Origin: an uncultured Gammaproteobacteria bacterium
GTDB lineage: Bacteria > Patescibacteriota > Microgenomatia > CAYQLK01
Direction: 5' to 3'
Assembly: GCA_964445355.1 (NCBI GenBank)
Contig: CAYUKQ010000003.1
Span: 3,693-67,692, forward strand
Length of the DNA stretch: 64,000 nucleotides
Of the stretch, positions 19,620-29,836 are shown piece by piece (position 1 is the stretch's first letter; the number at the start of each line of letters is the position of its first letter). Position numbers and translations under genes: made by a program. The notes below the pieces were generated by a model. It saw only the letters and a list, made by a program, of their open reading frames with translations. It searched no databases and had not been told where the DNA came from.

Positions 19620-20628
19620 GGTTACCCTCCAGAATCAATGGAAGATTGTGCCAGTTTTTTTTGATTCTGTGATCAGTTAGCCGGTCTTGAGGGAAATTAT
19701 AAGTCCGGATCTTTTCACTGCGATCACCGGTACCTATTTGCTCGGATCGGGATTTGGCTGCTTCGGCGGCTTGTTTTTCTAGTTCGCGCTGGTAAAGTCG
19801 GGATCTTAGTATTTGTAATGCGATTTCTTTGTTTTGAGCTTGTTTTCGCTCTGCTTGAGAGGCAACTACTTCTCCGGTGGGGATGTGCCTGACACGGACG
19901 GCGGTTGACACTTTGTTAACATTCTGCCCTCCGGCACCGCCGCTGCGAAACGTTTCGAATTCCAGGTCTTTGGGGTCGAGGTGAAAATCAATATCAGAAA
20001 CTTCTGGCATGACCGCTACGGTTGCGGTGGAGGTATGAATTCTGCCGGAACTTTCTGTTGCAGGAACTCGTTGAACCCGGTGGACTCCTGATTCAAAACG
20101 GAATAGAGAGTAAACTTTTGGTCCTGTGATTTTAATGACAGCGTGTTTAATGTTGCCAATGGCACCTTCATTTGTTTCAATCTCTTCAACAGTTAGGTTG
20201 TGGAGTTGAGCAAAGCGCGTGTACATCTTGATCAGGTCATTACCAAAAATGCCTGCTTCGTCGCCGCCGGCAGCGGCACGAACTTCCAAAATAATTGAAG
20301 GTGAGGAAAAGAGGGCTTTGTCGGGCGAAGTTTCGAAGTTTAGTTTGGCTTTGGTTTGGGATAATTCTAATTCGAGCAATTGTATTTCATCTTTAGCCAT
20401 TTTGATGATCTCTTCGTCTTTTTCAGACTCGATCATTTTATTGGTGGAGTCGATGTTTTTGGTGATACGGTCAATGTTTTCTGCCAATTCAGCGATTGTT
20501 CTGAGTCTGGCGATAATTGATGAATATTCCTTGACCTGTTCCGGGTTGCTTGCGATGTCAGGATCTAGGAGTGCTTGTTGAGCTTGATAATATTTTTCCA
20601 GCAGTTCGGAGATGTTTTGTGAAAGCAT
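19582..20628 (-). CDS. prfA: Peptide chain release factor 1
   Basis: GGQ motif ([12 protein letters not shown]) and RF1-specific [10 protein letters not shown] (PxT). Confidence 0.9.
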   Translation of the reverse strand: MLSQNISELLEKYYQAQQALLDPDIASNPEQVKEYSSIIARLRTIAELAENIDRITKNIDSTNKMIESEKDEEIIKMAKDEIQLLELELSQTKAKLNFETSPDKALFSSPSIILEVRAAAGGDEAGIFGNDLIKMYTRFAQLHNLTVEEIETNEGAIGNIKHAVIKITGPKVYSLFRFESGVHRVQRVPATESSGRIHTSTATVAVMPEVSDIDFHLDPKDLEFETFRSGGAGGQNVNKVSTAVRVRHIPTGEVVASQAERKQAQNKEIALQILRSRLYQRELEKQAAEAAKSRSEQIGTGDRSEKIRTYNFPQDRLTDHRIKKNWHNLPLILEGNLDPIVQILSDNL

Positions 20629-20710
20629 AGTGAGGTTATTTTAGCGCACTATTTTAAAATAGTTGCGTTTGCTGCGTGGTTAGTTAGCCACAGAAATAGA
20701 GTGAAAGTGG

Positions 20711-21013
20711 TTATTTCTTGGATTGTGCAAGCATTTCGCGCAGTGACATTGGCGCATTTTGCCGTCTGATCTCTTGTTCTTTTTTCTTGACAACCTCTTT
20801 TTGTCGAAGTTTGGCTTTTTCTTGAAGGGCTTGGAATTTTTCAACCTTACCCTGAGTATCGACAAATTTCATTTGACCGGTAAAGAATGGGTGGCATTTT
20901 GAGCAGATTTCGAGATGGATCTCCTCTTTGGTCGATCCAGTATTCCAACTATTGCCACAAACGCAGGTAACTTTTGCGTCGGAGTGGTATTTAGGGTGTC
21001 CAGTAGGTTTCAT
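20711..21013 (-). CDS. rpmE: 50S ribosomal protein L31 (zinc-ribbon type) with about 30-aa C-terminal extension
   Basis: CVCGN...CSKCHP zinc ribbon and L31 N-terminus MKPTGHPKY. Confidence 0.8.
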   Translation of the reverse strand: MKPTGHPKYHSDAKVTCVCGNSWNTGSTKEEIHLEICSKCHPFFTGQMKFVDTQGKVEKFQALQEKAKLRQKEVVKKKEQEIRRQNAPMSLREMLAQSKK

Positions 21014-21082
21014 AATGTGGCTTATCTAGGAATGGAATTCTATCAGAATGTGGCTTATTCTGGCAACAGCTGAGTTATAAAC

Positions 21083-22009
21083 TCAGTGACGCAGGTGGAT
21101 TTTCCTTAATAAGTGAATGTGTGTGGGGAGTGGAAAATCGGCAATCGTAACGCCCACTAGAATAAAGACCGAACCGAGGTAGAAGATCGCGTCAGGCTGT
21201 TCATTAAGAATAATGATCGACGCGATAACAGCAACGACCGGCTGGATATATCCAAAAACTGATTCAAAAGAAGCGTTTAGATATTTAAGTGATCTTTCGT
21301 AGAGGATGTAGGCGAGTATTCCGCCGATTAACGAATCGTAGAGAATAAACAGAGTAATTTTTGTGTTCAATTTGGATACCCAATCCACCCCGTTTGCCAT
21401 ATCTAGCATGACAAAAGGTAGGCTGGTTAGACTTGCCATAAAAAACGAAAAGACGATTAAGGTTTGGTAATTATATTCCTTGATGTATTTTTTAATGAAG
21501 ATCGTATAGAGGGCAATTGTGACATTGCTAGCAAATAATAAAAATTGTCCAAATATTTCCTGAATACTAATATTTTTGGGGTCAAGAAAAATAATTACTG
21601 TACCGACTAGTGCAACAAGTGACCCGAAGATCGTTACTCTGCGGACTTTTTCTTTTGTAATGAAGATGGAAAGAATGATGGTAATGATTGGAAATAATGC
21701 AAAAATCACAGCTGCGGTGGAGGCTTCAGTTCGTTGAAGTCCAGAATAGGTAAGGAGGTTTGAAGCAGCTGGACCAAGGAAGGTGATGATCAGGATTTTT
21801 GGCAGGTGTTTATTATCGACGGTTTTGAGATCACCCATCAGATAATAGATCGGAGTAATCAGAAGCAGTGCTAGAGAGAAGCGTAGGAAGATGAAGGTCG
21901 AAGGGGGGATTGTTTCAACTACTGTCTTGGCAATTGGGGTGCCAAAACCAAAAAAAACAAAACTGGTAATTACACTGATTACAGCAATTTTGGGCAGGTG
22001 TTTGTGCAT
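21083..22009 (-). CDS. DMT-superfamily (EamA-like) transporter
   Basis: Ten TM segments with duplicated EamA-like halves. Confidence 0.65.
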   Translation of the reverse strand: MHKHLPKIAVISVITSFVFFGFGTPIAKTVVETIPPSTFIFLRFSLALLLITPIYYLMGDLKTVDNKHLPKILIITFLGPAASNLLTYSGLQRTEASTAAVIFALFPIITIILSIFITKEKVRRVTIFGSLVALVGTVIIFLDPKNISIQEIFGQFLLFASNVTIALYTIFIKKYIKEYNYQTLIVFSFFMASLTSLPFVMLDMANGVDWVSKLNTKITLFILYDSLIGGILAYILYERSLKYLNASFESVFGYIQPVVAVIASIIILNEQPDAIFYLGSVFILVGVTIADFPLPTHIHLLRKIHLRH

Positions 22010-22011
22010 TT

Positions 22012-23301
22012 TTAACGTGAAAGTCGTTTTATTTGTTTAAGTATCTCAATTTTTCTGTCAGTTGTCTGGTGGTTACGGTCTAGGTCTTTGAGGGTGTAGG
22101 TTTTTTCGGCGAGTTCTTTATCGCCGATTACGAGAAGAAAGTTGAAGTGACTAGTGTTGGCGTATGTGAGAACATCACGCATTTGGATGACGTTTGGAAA
22201 AAAGCTGGTATTAAGTTTGGAATTAGATTGACGTAGCTTGTGGCTTATTTCTAGCGATTTTTCAATTGCATTTTCTGATAATGCTGCCACCAAAAGCCGT
22301 TTATTACCTCTGAGTTTGGAGGGGTAAAGGTCGAATTTTTCTAGTAAGTTGTTTATAACAACGTCGCCCATGCCAAAACCAACACCAGGTAAGGTTCGGT
22401 TCGAGAATTGTCCAATTAGGTTGTCGTACCGACCGCCTCCAGCAACCGCACGGGAGTTGAGGTCGGTAGGGAAAACTTCGAAGACGGTTGAGGTGTAGTA
22501 ATCTAGACCGCGGACGATCCTCCTGTCAATTTTGAGGTACCGATCGAACCCTAAGATCGATAGCTTTTCTAAAATCATGGAAATATTGCCGGACGTGCTC
22601 TCAATTGGTGAGTTGAGTTGAGTAATGAATTCCTGTATTTTTTGTGTGTCAAGCTTGGGGTAGGTTATTTTGAGATCGCGGATGGTGTTTTCCGGTCCAA
22701 TTTTTGGAAGTTTGTCAATCGATTTGAGTATCGGTGATTGTTTGTCTGGGGGCAAATCCAGGAATTGAGAAATAAAATCCTGAAGTATTTTTTTGTCGTT
22801 AATGTGGATTTTTATTTTATCGGGGCCGAGGCCGATTTTTTGTAGAAATCGACATAAAACTGCCAAAATATCGGTGTCTTGAAGTTCCGGATATTGGCTT
22901 GGTCCGATGATATCGACGTTCCATTGAAAATGTTCTCTTAAGCGACCTGATTGTGGTTTTTCATAACGCCAAAGGACCGGGATAGAGAACCATTTGACTG
23001 GGAATGCCAGGTGGTCTTGATTGGCAGAAACCATGCGGGCTAGTACCGGGGTCATTTCCGGGCGTAAGGTGACTTCCCGGCCGCCGCGATCGGTAAAACG
23101 GTACGATTGTTCATCAACTAGTTCCGAAGATGATTTGGTTTTGTAAGTTTCTAAACTTTCGAGAACGGGGGAGTCGTATTGTTCAAACCCGAATTCTTTG
23201 GCAGATTCGATCATTTGTTCGAAAAGCCATTGTCTTTTTAAAAAGTCGTTTGGAATAAAATCCCTGGCACCTTTGACTGGTTGAAGATCAGTTTTTTTCA
23301 T
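22012..23301 (-). CDS. hisS: Histidine--tRNA ligase (class II)
   Basis: VKGARDF N-terminal motif, GGRYD motif 3, anticodon-binding C-terminus. Confidence 0.85.
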   Translation of the reverse strand: MKKTDLQPVKGARDFIPNDFLKRQWLFEQMIESAKEFGFEQYDSPVLESLETYKTKSSSELVDEQSYRFTDRGGREVTLRPEMTPVLARMVSANQDHLAFPVKWFSIPVLWRYEKPQSGRLREHFQWNVDIIGPSQYPELQDTDILAVLCRFLQKIGLGPDKIKIHINDKKILQDFISQFLDLPPDKQSPILKSIDKLPKIGPENTIRDLKITYPKLDTQKIQEFITQLNSPIESTSGNISMILEKLSILGFDRYLKIDRRIVRGLDYYTSTVFEVFPTDLNSRAVAGGGRYDNLIGQFSNRTLPGVGFGMGDVVINNLLEKFDLYPSKLRGNKRLLVAALSENAIEKSLEISHKLRQSNSKLNTSFFPNVIQMRDVLTYANTSHFNFLLVIGDKELAEKTYTLKDLDRNHQTTDRKIEILKQIKRLSR

Positions 23302-24253
23302 TGGTTTGTGTTTGAGTGTTGTTTAGGATATCTCTGACGACAAGATTACCATAGCTGTTGGTGGTAGCGGTGAAAAGCAGTGATTGACCTTTTTTAGGAG
23401 CGGTGAAATTTTGATTGTTGATCGAGGTGTTTTTGTCCCAATAATATTTGGTTTTGTCGTTTTCGAGGGTAAATAATTCACGTTTGGTGTCAACGGATGA
23501 CACGATACCTGATTTGAGATCGGCAGATATTGTCTCAAAAGGGTTTTTGTTGGAGTAAGAAATTAATTTTTGCGTGTTTTGCACTGTGTCTTTGATTTGG
23601 CCAAAACCGATAATAATGTCGTCAACTTCGAGTTTTTCAACGCCTTTTAATCCCTGGTTTTGATTACCATCGTTTTCTTCTCTGGGATTAACGAATTCAA
23701 ATTCGGTTTTGGATTCGTCGGTTTCGAATGTGTAGGTATTTCCACTAATGAGGCTTTTTAGTTCGATATTGCCACCTAAAGTCGATAATACCTTGCCATA
23801 AATACCGATGCCGACGATTGGTGTTTGTGGTTGCGGGTTGCGGTAATAGATAAATGGAATTTCTTTGGTCGTTGAAAAGTCGTTTGGATCGAGTTGTGTT
23901 AAGCGAAAAAGGTTAATTCCGGGGTTAAGGGTTAGAGTGGTTTTGATGACAGAGTTGGAGCTGGTCAGGAGTTGTGGCGGGGATTCTTTGGATGAGATAA
24001 AGCTAATTTGATTATCAGCCAGGTTCTTGAATTCGATTTCGATTGTTTCTTGGTCGGTAATATATCCGCTGTCCGGATTAAGATCTTCAATTTCTTTGGT
24101 TGGTGCAAAAATGTTTACGGTTGACTGGATGATCTTTTGGGATAAGTCCGAAATTTTTTGATTGCGGATATAGAAGCCGGTAATAATGATCGTGATCAGT
24201 AAAAATAACAGGATAAAGAAAATTATCGGAAGTAGTCGGATCAAGATTTTCAT
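23288..24253 (-). CDS. Hypothetical membrane-anchored protein
   Basis: 321-aa ORF with N-terminal TM helix; no recognisable domain. Confidence 0.5.
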   Translation of the reverse strand: MKILIRLLPIIFFILLFLLITIIITGFYIRNQKISDLSQKIIQSTVNIFAPTKEIEDLNPDSGYITDQETIEIEFKNLADNQISFISSKESPPQLLTSSNSVIKTTLTLNPGINLFRLTQLDPNDFSTTKEIPFIYYRNPQPQTPIVGIGIYGKVLSTLGGNIELKSLISGNTYTFETDESKTEFEFVNPREENDGNQNQGLKGVEKLEVDDIIIGFGQIKDTVQNTQKLISYSNKNPFETISADLKSGIVSSVDTKRELFTLENDKTKYYWDKNTSINNQNFTAPKKGQSLLFTATTNSYGNLVVRDILNNTQTQTNEKN

Positions 24254-24357
24254 TATTTAATTCTACCAAAGCTAAATATGTTATTATTGTTTTCGTTAAT
24301 CGTAAGATTAGTTGGTTTGAAGGAAAAATAGTATTATCAGTAAACAAAATAAGGAAT

Positions 24358-25008
24358 ATGGCAGATATAACTTTTAATGGTCACTCGTGTTTTACGATCA
24401 AGTCAGCAGGTGGACAGACTATTGTTATTGACCCGTTCGACCCCGAGTCGACAGGAATTAAGTTACAGAAAATCAGTGCCAATCTTTTGTTAATTACTCA
24501 TAGCCACGCTGATCATAATTATTCTGCCGGAGTTAGTCCGGATGGGGAGATGTTTACGCTGACAGGGCCTGGTGAGTATGAGATCGGCGGTTCGTTGATC
24601 CGGGGTGTGAACAGTTATCATGACGAATCAAAAGGATCTGAGCGTGGCCGAAACACGATCTATGTAATAAATGTGGACGGTGTGAATATTTGCCACCTTG
24701 GGGATTTGGGTCAAAAGAAATTAACAGAAGCTCAGATGGAAGACATTGGAGACGTGGACGTGTTATTAGTGCCGGTTGGCGGAGTGTTTACGATTGATGC
24801 TAAAGACGCGACCGAAATTATTGCCCAGATCGAGCCAAAGATCGTCGTTCCAATGCACTATAAAGAAGATGGGTTGAAGTATGAGCTGGCAACGCTGGAT
24901 GAATTCGTGAAACAAATGGGACTGACTACGGTTGAGCCAGCGAAGAAGTTGACGGTGAAGAAAGATAGATTACCTGAGGAGCTTCAGGTTGTGGTTATTG
25001 AGAAATAG
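24358..25008 (+). CDS. MBL-fold metallo-hydrolase
   Basis: HSHADHN metal-binding motif. Confidence 0.75.
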   Translation: MADITFNGHSCFTIKSAGGQTIVIDPFDPESTGIKLQKISANLLLITHSHADHNYSAGVSPDGEMFTLTGPGEYEIGGSLIRGVNSYHDESKGSERGRNTIYVINVDGVNICHLGDLGQKKLTEAQMEDIGDVDVLLVPVGGVFTIDAKDATEIIAQIEPKIVVPMHYKEDGLKYELATLDEFVKQMGLTTVEPAKKLTVKKDRLPEELQVVVIEK

Positions 25009-25072
25009 CCATAAAAAGTTGTGCTATTTACAAAAATAGTCAAAAACTTAATAATACTTTTCCTAGATAATA

Positions 25073-26428
25073 TTGGTTATTTTTATGCCAAAAGTCGATG
25101 ATTTGAGACTACCCCCCCATAATTTGGACGCTGAAAAAAGTGTGCTTGGTGCATTGCTTATAGATAAGGATGCGATAACAGAAGTTGCGGAGTTTTTACG
25201 TCCAGAACATTTTTATAAGGAGGGACATGGTGATATTTACGAGGCAATTTTGGATCTTTTTGAGAAACGCGAGCCGGTCGATCTGATCACATTGACAGAG
25301 GAGTTAAAAAAGAAGAAGAACTTTGAGAAGATCGGTGCAGCTTATTTGGCAGAGTTGGCTAGTTTCGTACCAACTTCAGTCCATGTTGTGAAATATGCGC
25401 AGATCGTTAAACATCATGCGATTAAACGACAGCTTATTGGGACAGCGAACAAACTGTCGGAGTTGAGTTTTTCTGAGACGGGTGATGTCAATGATATTTT
25501 GGATGCGGCTGAGCAGGAGATATTTGGGATTTCTCAGGCACATTTAAAACAGAATTTTGTACATGTCAAAAGTGTTTTGACGGAAAGTTTTGACAGATTA
25601 GAGGAGTTATCGAGAAGTAAGGGTGTTTTTCGAGGTGTTCCGACCGGTTTTGGTGATCTGGATAAGATACTTTCTGGTATGCAGAAATCCAATCTGTTGA
25701 TCTTGGCGGCTCGTCCGGGTATCGGAAAAACTTCTTTTGCACTAAATATCGCCCAGTTTGCTGCAGTTAAGAAAAATGTTCCTGTTGGAATATTTAGCCT
25801 TGAAATGAGCAAAGAAGAGCTTATGGATAGGGTTTTGGCACACGAATCCGGGGTTAATGCGTCGAGAATAAAAAATGGCGATTTGGATGATGCGGCCTAC
25901 GAAAGTTTGAGTATGGCGATGGGGAGATTGGCTGAAGCGCCACTTTATATTGATGATACCCCTGCGCTTTCGATCATGGAGATGCGCACTAAAGCCAGGC
26001 GTTTGCAGATCGAAAATGGATTACAATTGCTGGTTGTTGATTATTTACAATTGGCTAAAGGAAGGAATCTTGAGAATAGGGTTCAGGAAATTTCTGAAAT
26101 ATCGCAAGGATTGAAAAACTTAGCCAGAGAATTAAATATTCCAGTTTTGGCTTTGTCGCAGTTGTCGCGTGCGGTGGAGCAGCGTGGTAGTAAACAGCCT
26201 CAATTATCAGACCTAAGAGAGTCGGGAGCGATCGAACAGGATGCTGATGTCGTAATGTTTATTTATCGTGACGATCATGAAGAGAATGAAGGAGAGAAGG
26301 TAAAAAAAGAGATTTTGGCAAAATTGACAATCGCCAAACACCGAAACGGACCAACGGGAGAAATTGATCTGGTCTTTGTTGGAGAAAAGGTGGCTTTTTT
26401 CCCGCGTGATTCTAGACACTCTCATTAG
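25073..26428 (+). CDS. dnaB: Replicative DNA helicase DnaB
   Basis: N-terminal LPPHNLDAEKSVLGALL, Walker A GARPGIGKTSFALN, RecA-like C-terminal fold. Confidence 0.9.
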   Translation: MVIFMPKVDDLRLPPHNLDAEKSVLGALLIDKDAITEVAEFLRPEHFYKEGHGDIYEAILDLFEKREPVDLITLTEELKKKKNFEKIGAAYLAELASFVPTSVHVVKYAQIVKHHAIKRQLIGTANKLSELSFSETGDVNDILDAAEQEIFGISQAHLKQNFVHVKSVLTESFDRLEELSRSKGVFRGVPTGFGDLDKILSGMQKSNLLILAARPGIGKTSFALNIAQFAAVKKNVPVGIFSLEMSKEELMDRVLAHESGVNASRIKNGDLDDAAYESLSMAMGRLAEAPLYIDDTPALSIMEMRTKARRLQIENGLQLLVVDYLQLAKGRNLENRVQEISEISQGLKNLARELNIPVLALSQLSRAVEQRGSKQPQLSDLRESGAIEQDADVVMFIYRDDHEENEGEKVKKEILAKLTIAKHRNGPTGEIDLVFVGEKVAFFPRDSRHSH

Positions 26429-26491
26429 GATTTTTTTGATTTTTTTGGTTATAATTCTTCAGCCTCGATATGGGATCAGTTTGAGGTTTAT

Positions 26492-26575
26492 GCCGGGGTG
26501 GCGGAATTGGTAGACGCGCACGTCTCAAACACGTGTGAAAGCAATTTCATGAGGGTTCAAGTCCCTCCTCCGGCA
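26492..26575 (+). tRNA. tRNA-Leu (anticodon CAA), class II with long variable arm
   Basis: Cloverleaf traced by hand: acceptor GCCGGGG/CTCCGGC, anticodon loop CTCAAAC, T-arm GAGGGTTCAAGTCCCTC, discriminator A. Confidence 0.85.
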
Positions 26576-26603
26576 CTTGATGGATTTGGTAAGTTGAAGG
26601 TTT

Positions 26604-27449
26604 GTGAGTGATAACTTGAAAATGCAACATTATATTAATGGTAATTGGGTTGGAGAGGATGGGTTGGTGGTCCCTGTGAGGGATTTGGGTTTTTTGAGAG
26701 GTTTTGCGGTTTTTGATTTTTTGAGAACTTACAATGGTAGACCTTTTAAGTTAGTCGAGCATGTTGATCGTTTGTATAATTCTGCTGGTCTGATCGGCTT
26801 GCGAATAAAGCAATCAAAAAAGGAGGTCGTAGAGTTGGTAGGTGAGGCTTTGGAGAGGAATGCGAATGGGCAGGAAAAGTTTATTAAAATAATTGTTTCC
26901 GGTGGGGTATCTAATTCTATGATCGCAAGTGGTGAATCGACGATCGTGATCATGATCGACAATTGTGTTGTTTATCCAGTAGACAATTATGAAAATGGGG
27001 TTGGAGTCATTACGGTTAAGTTTGAACGATATATTCCCGAGGCAAAGACTAATAATTACATTGAGGGTGTTCATCAGTCGCAAATTGCCAAAGAGTCTGG
27101 CGCTGTCGAGCCCGTGTATTATAACGATCAGCAGGTTTTTGAAGGGTCGAATAGTAATATTTTTGCTTTGATCGAAGGTAAATTACTTACCCCCAAGAGT
27201 AATATCCTTAAAGGAATTACTCGCCAGGTATTGTTGGAAATTCTAAACTTGGACGTAGATGTGGTAGAAAAAGATTTTGATATTGAACAATTAAGGTCGG
27301 CGAGTGAAGTATTTTTTACCGGCAGCGGAAAAGAAGTTACACCAATTACCAAGATAGATTTGGGGTTTGTCGGAGACGGTATGGTAGGGTCATTGACTCG
27401 AGAGGTGGTTAAGCAGTTTCGAGAATATACCCAAAGTAGAAGGTGGTAA
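26604..27449 (+). CDS. Fold-type IV PLP aminotransferase (branched-chain or D-amino-acid aminotransferase, or ADC lyase family)
   Basis: Class IV signature region EVFFTGSGKEVTPI and overall length and pattern. Confidence 0.7.
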   Translation: MSDNLKMQHYINGNWVGEDGLVVPVRDLGFLRGFAVFDFLRTYNGRPFKLVEHVDRLYNSAGLIGLRIKQSKKEVVELVGEALERNANGQEKFIKIIVSGGVSNSMIASGESTIVIMIDNCVVYPVDNYENGVGVITVKFERYIPEAKTNNYIEGVHQSQIAKESGAVEPVYYNDQQVFEGSNSNIFALIEGKLLTPKSNILKGITRQVLLEILNLDVDVVEKDFDIEQLRSASEVFFTGSGKEVTPITKIDLGFVGDGMVGSLTREVVKQFREYTQSRRW

Positions 27450-27513
27450 TGTTCTGAGAATAGACAGTTATAGGCTGTTGTAGTAGTATTTCCTGCAGCA
27501 CATTAACGGGAAG

Positions 27514-28386
27514 GTGGTAGAAAGAAAGGTCATGACGGTAACTCCCTGGGACGCGAAAAGCCGTATCGTTGTCGCGCTCGACACACAAAGGATCGAGGAG
27601 GTGACAGCAATCGTCACCGAGCTCGCTTCCTACGTCGGTTTGTTTAAAGCCGGATTCGAGTTGACGAATGCGGTTGGAACCGAACGGGCTCATCGAGCCA
27701 TCAGAACTGCCGGGGGCGAGGTCTTTGCAGATCTTAAGCTTCACGATATTCCCAACACGGTGTCAAAAGCCGTGCAGGCTGTTGTGGGCTTCGGTCCGCG
27801 GATGACCAACATGCACATCCAGTCCGGCGATGAAGCGATGCAGAAGGCGGTATCCGAGCGTGGTGAAAGTCAACTGCTTGGGGTATCCGTTCTGACGTCG
27901 TTGACACCACTCGAAGTTTTAGAGATGTTCGTCAGACCGTTCGTCCAGGCTATCGGCGGTGACGAGTCAGCGTTCGATCTTGCAGTTTACGGCAGTCTTG
28001 TCGACGAAGACAGGACAGTAAAACCTGTTGGGTCGACACTTCAGTCAGAGTACATGCAGAGGTTGGTGCTTGGTTTTGCCGAAAAGGCGGCCAAAGCTGG
28101 CCTTGACGGACTGATCTGCTCTCCAAAAGAGCTATCATACCTGAAGTCGCACGGATCACCTGCAGTACAGCGTTTGGTCAAGGTGGTACCGGGTATCCGT
28201 ATGGTTGACGGTCAGGTTGATGATCAGAACCGTGTCGGTACGCCATATCAGGCAATCGTCGACGGGGCGGATTATCTCGTGATCGGCCGTCCGATTTTGC
28301 AAGCATCCGACAAGGTGGCTGCGGCTCAGGCGTTTGCTCGCGAGATCGAGTCGGCGCTCAAAGACATGGAGACGGGACAAGATTAA
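27514..28386 (+). CDS. pyrF: Orotidine 5'-phosphate decarboxylase (long form), GC-rich; probable true start ATG 27532
   Basis: VVALD and FADLKLHDIPNTV OMP decarboxylase motifs; about 57% GC. Confidence 0.85.
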   Translation: MVERKVMTVTPWDAKSRIVVALDTQRIEEVTAIVTELASYVGLFKAGFELTNAVGTERAHRAIRTAGGEVFADLKLHDIPNTVSKAVQAVVGFGPRMTNMHIQSGDEAMQKAVSERGESQLLGVSVLTSLTPLEVLEMFVRPFVQAIGGDESAFDLAVYGSLVDEDRTVKPVGSTLQSEYMQRLVLGFAEKAAKAGLDGLICSPKELSYLKSHGSPAVQRLVKVVPGIRMVDGQVDDQNRVGTPYQAIVDGADYLVIGRPILQASDKVAAAQAFAREIESALKDMETGQD

Positions 28387-28413
28387 GCGAAGAAAGGTAG
28401 AGAGGAGTGGCAG

Positions 28414-29073
28414 ATGACAAGTGATGAACGGGTACTGCGCCAGCTTTTGACCGAGACGGGTGCGTTGGTTGTCAACACACACGTCAAATTGGCCTCGGGC
28501 AGACACAGTGACCGATACATCGAAAAAACAGCCCTTTTGAGAAGGGCGGATCATTGCCAGGTCATCGCTGACATGATCGTTCAAAACTTCATTAACAAAG
28601 GGGTCGAAGTGGTCATCGGGCCCGCCATTGGCGCGGTTGGACTAGCCGCTATTGTCGCCCTGAGAATGAGTCAGGGGCGGATTGGTTCGGCTAACGTCGA
28701 ATGGGGGTTTGCAGAGCCGGTTCGTGATTCCGGTGGCCAGCTGGTCCTCTACGAGCTGAAGCGCGGATTCGCGCAGATGGTTGAAGACAAACGTGTGCTG
28801 GTGGTCGAGGATATCGTAACCTCGGGCATATCGAGCAATCTGGTTGTCAAAGCCGTGCGAGCAAATCGTGGCAAGGTTGTAGGCTTGGGTGTCATTATCA
28901 ACCGTGGGAGAGTAACTTCTGCGGATGTTGGACATCCGGGCAGTTTTCGGCCGCTGATGACGGTTGATATGCCAAGCTATGATTCCGAGGACTGCCCTCT
29001 GTGCCTCAGAGGTCTGCCGATCAGTACGCAGTATGGTCACGGCGGCAAAGCCGTGCTGCCGGCCTCGATCTGA
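28414..29073 (+). CDS. pyrE: Orotate phosphoribosyltransferase, GC-rich
   Basis: PRTase motif VLVVEDIVTSG; about 57% GC. Confidence 0.85.
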   Translation: MTSDERVLRQLLTETGALVVNTHVKLASGRHSDRYIEKTALLRRADHCQVIADMIVQNFINKGVEVVIGPAIGAVGLAAIVALRMSQGRIGSANVEWGFAEPVRDSGGQLVLYELKRGFAQMVEDKRVLVVEDIVTSGISSNLVVKAVRANRGKVVGLGVIINRGRVTSADVGHPGSFRPLMTVDMPSYDSEDCPLCLRGLPISTQYGHGGKAVLPASI

Positions 29074-29140
29074 AAAAGCAGCCCATAAAAACCACTCTTG
29101 CCAATATGGTGAGATGTGGAAAGAATTCGTGTCGGGTAAA

Positions 29141-29192
29141 AAGAGAGCACCTGTGTCGGTTACGTGCCGATTAACGCTCTCTTATTTTTTAA
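29141..29192 (+). terminator. Rho-independent terminator (AAGAGAGC...GCTCTCTT then ATTTTTT) closing the pyrF-pyrE GC-rich patch
   Basis: 8-bp stem plus T-run; GC drops afterwards. Confidence 0.6.
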
Positions 29193-29234
29193 ATTTGTAA
29201 ATTAAACCTAAATTTGTTATTTTGACGGTCGAAT

Positions 29235-29798
29235 ATGATTAAACCAGTCACAGATCTTAAAAAAGGCGTCGTTTTCAGAGAAGACGGGGAGCTTTGGATT
29301 GTTGAAAATTACGAACATATTAAAGTTGCAAGAGGATCCGGAACCATTAAGGTCAAGGCTCAGAGTATGCGTACTGGGGCAATAACCGAAAAATCGTTTA
29401 TGACCGGAGCCAGAGTTGATATTGTTGATGTTTTCAAGCGAAAGGCGACATATCTTTATCAGGATGGGAACAAATATTATTTTATGGATACCGAGAGCTT
29501 TGAAAATTATGAAGTCGACCAGGTAATGATTAGTGGCGTAAAGTTTCTCAAAGACGGAATGGAAGTGCGGGTACTGATCGATGATTTAGGTAAATTGGTG
29601 GGTTTGGAGATGCCGAAGAATGAAACGTATGTTATTACTGAAACAGCAGTTGGAGTGAAAGGTAATACGGTTTCTAATACGAACAAAAAAGCAATTTTGG
29701 AGAATGGTTTTGAGGTTAGTGTGCCGTTGTTTGTTAATACCGGCGATACGGTTAAAATTGATACCAGAACAGGGGCATATCTTGAGCGCGTTCAGTAA
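29235..29798 (+). CDS. efp: Elongation factor P
   Basis: KKGVVFREDGELW ... KVKAQSMRTGA EF-P N-terminal domain pattern. Confidence 0.9.
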   Translation: MIKPVTDLKKGVVFREDGELWIVENYEHIKVARGSGTIKVKAQSMRTGAITEKSFMTGARVDIVDVFKRKATYLYQDGNKYYFMDTESFENYEVDQVMISGVKFLKDGMEVRVLIDDLGKLVGLEMPKNETYVITETAVGVKGNTVSNTNKKAILENGFEVSVPLFVNTGDTVKIDTRTGAYLERVQ

Positions 29799-29836
29799 GC
29801 TTTGGAGTAGAATTAAAGAAATCAATTAAGTTATTT

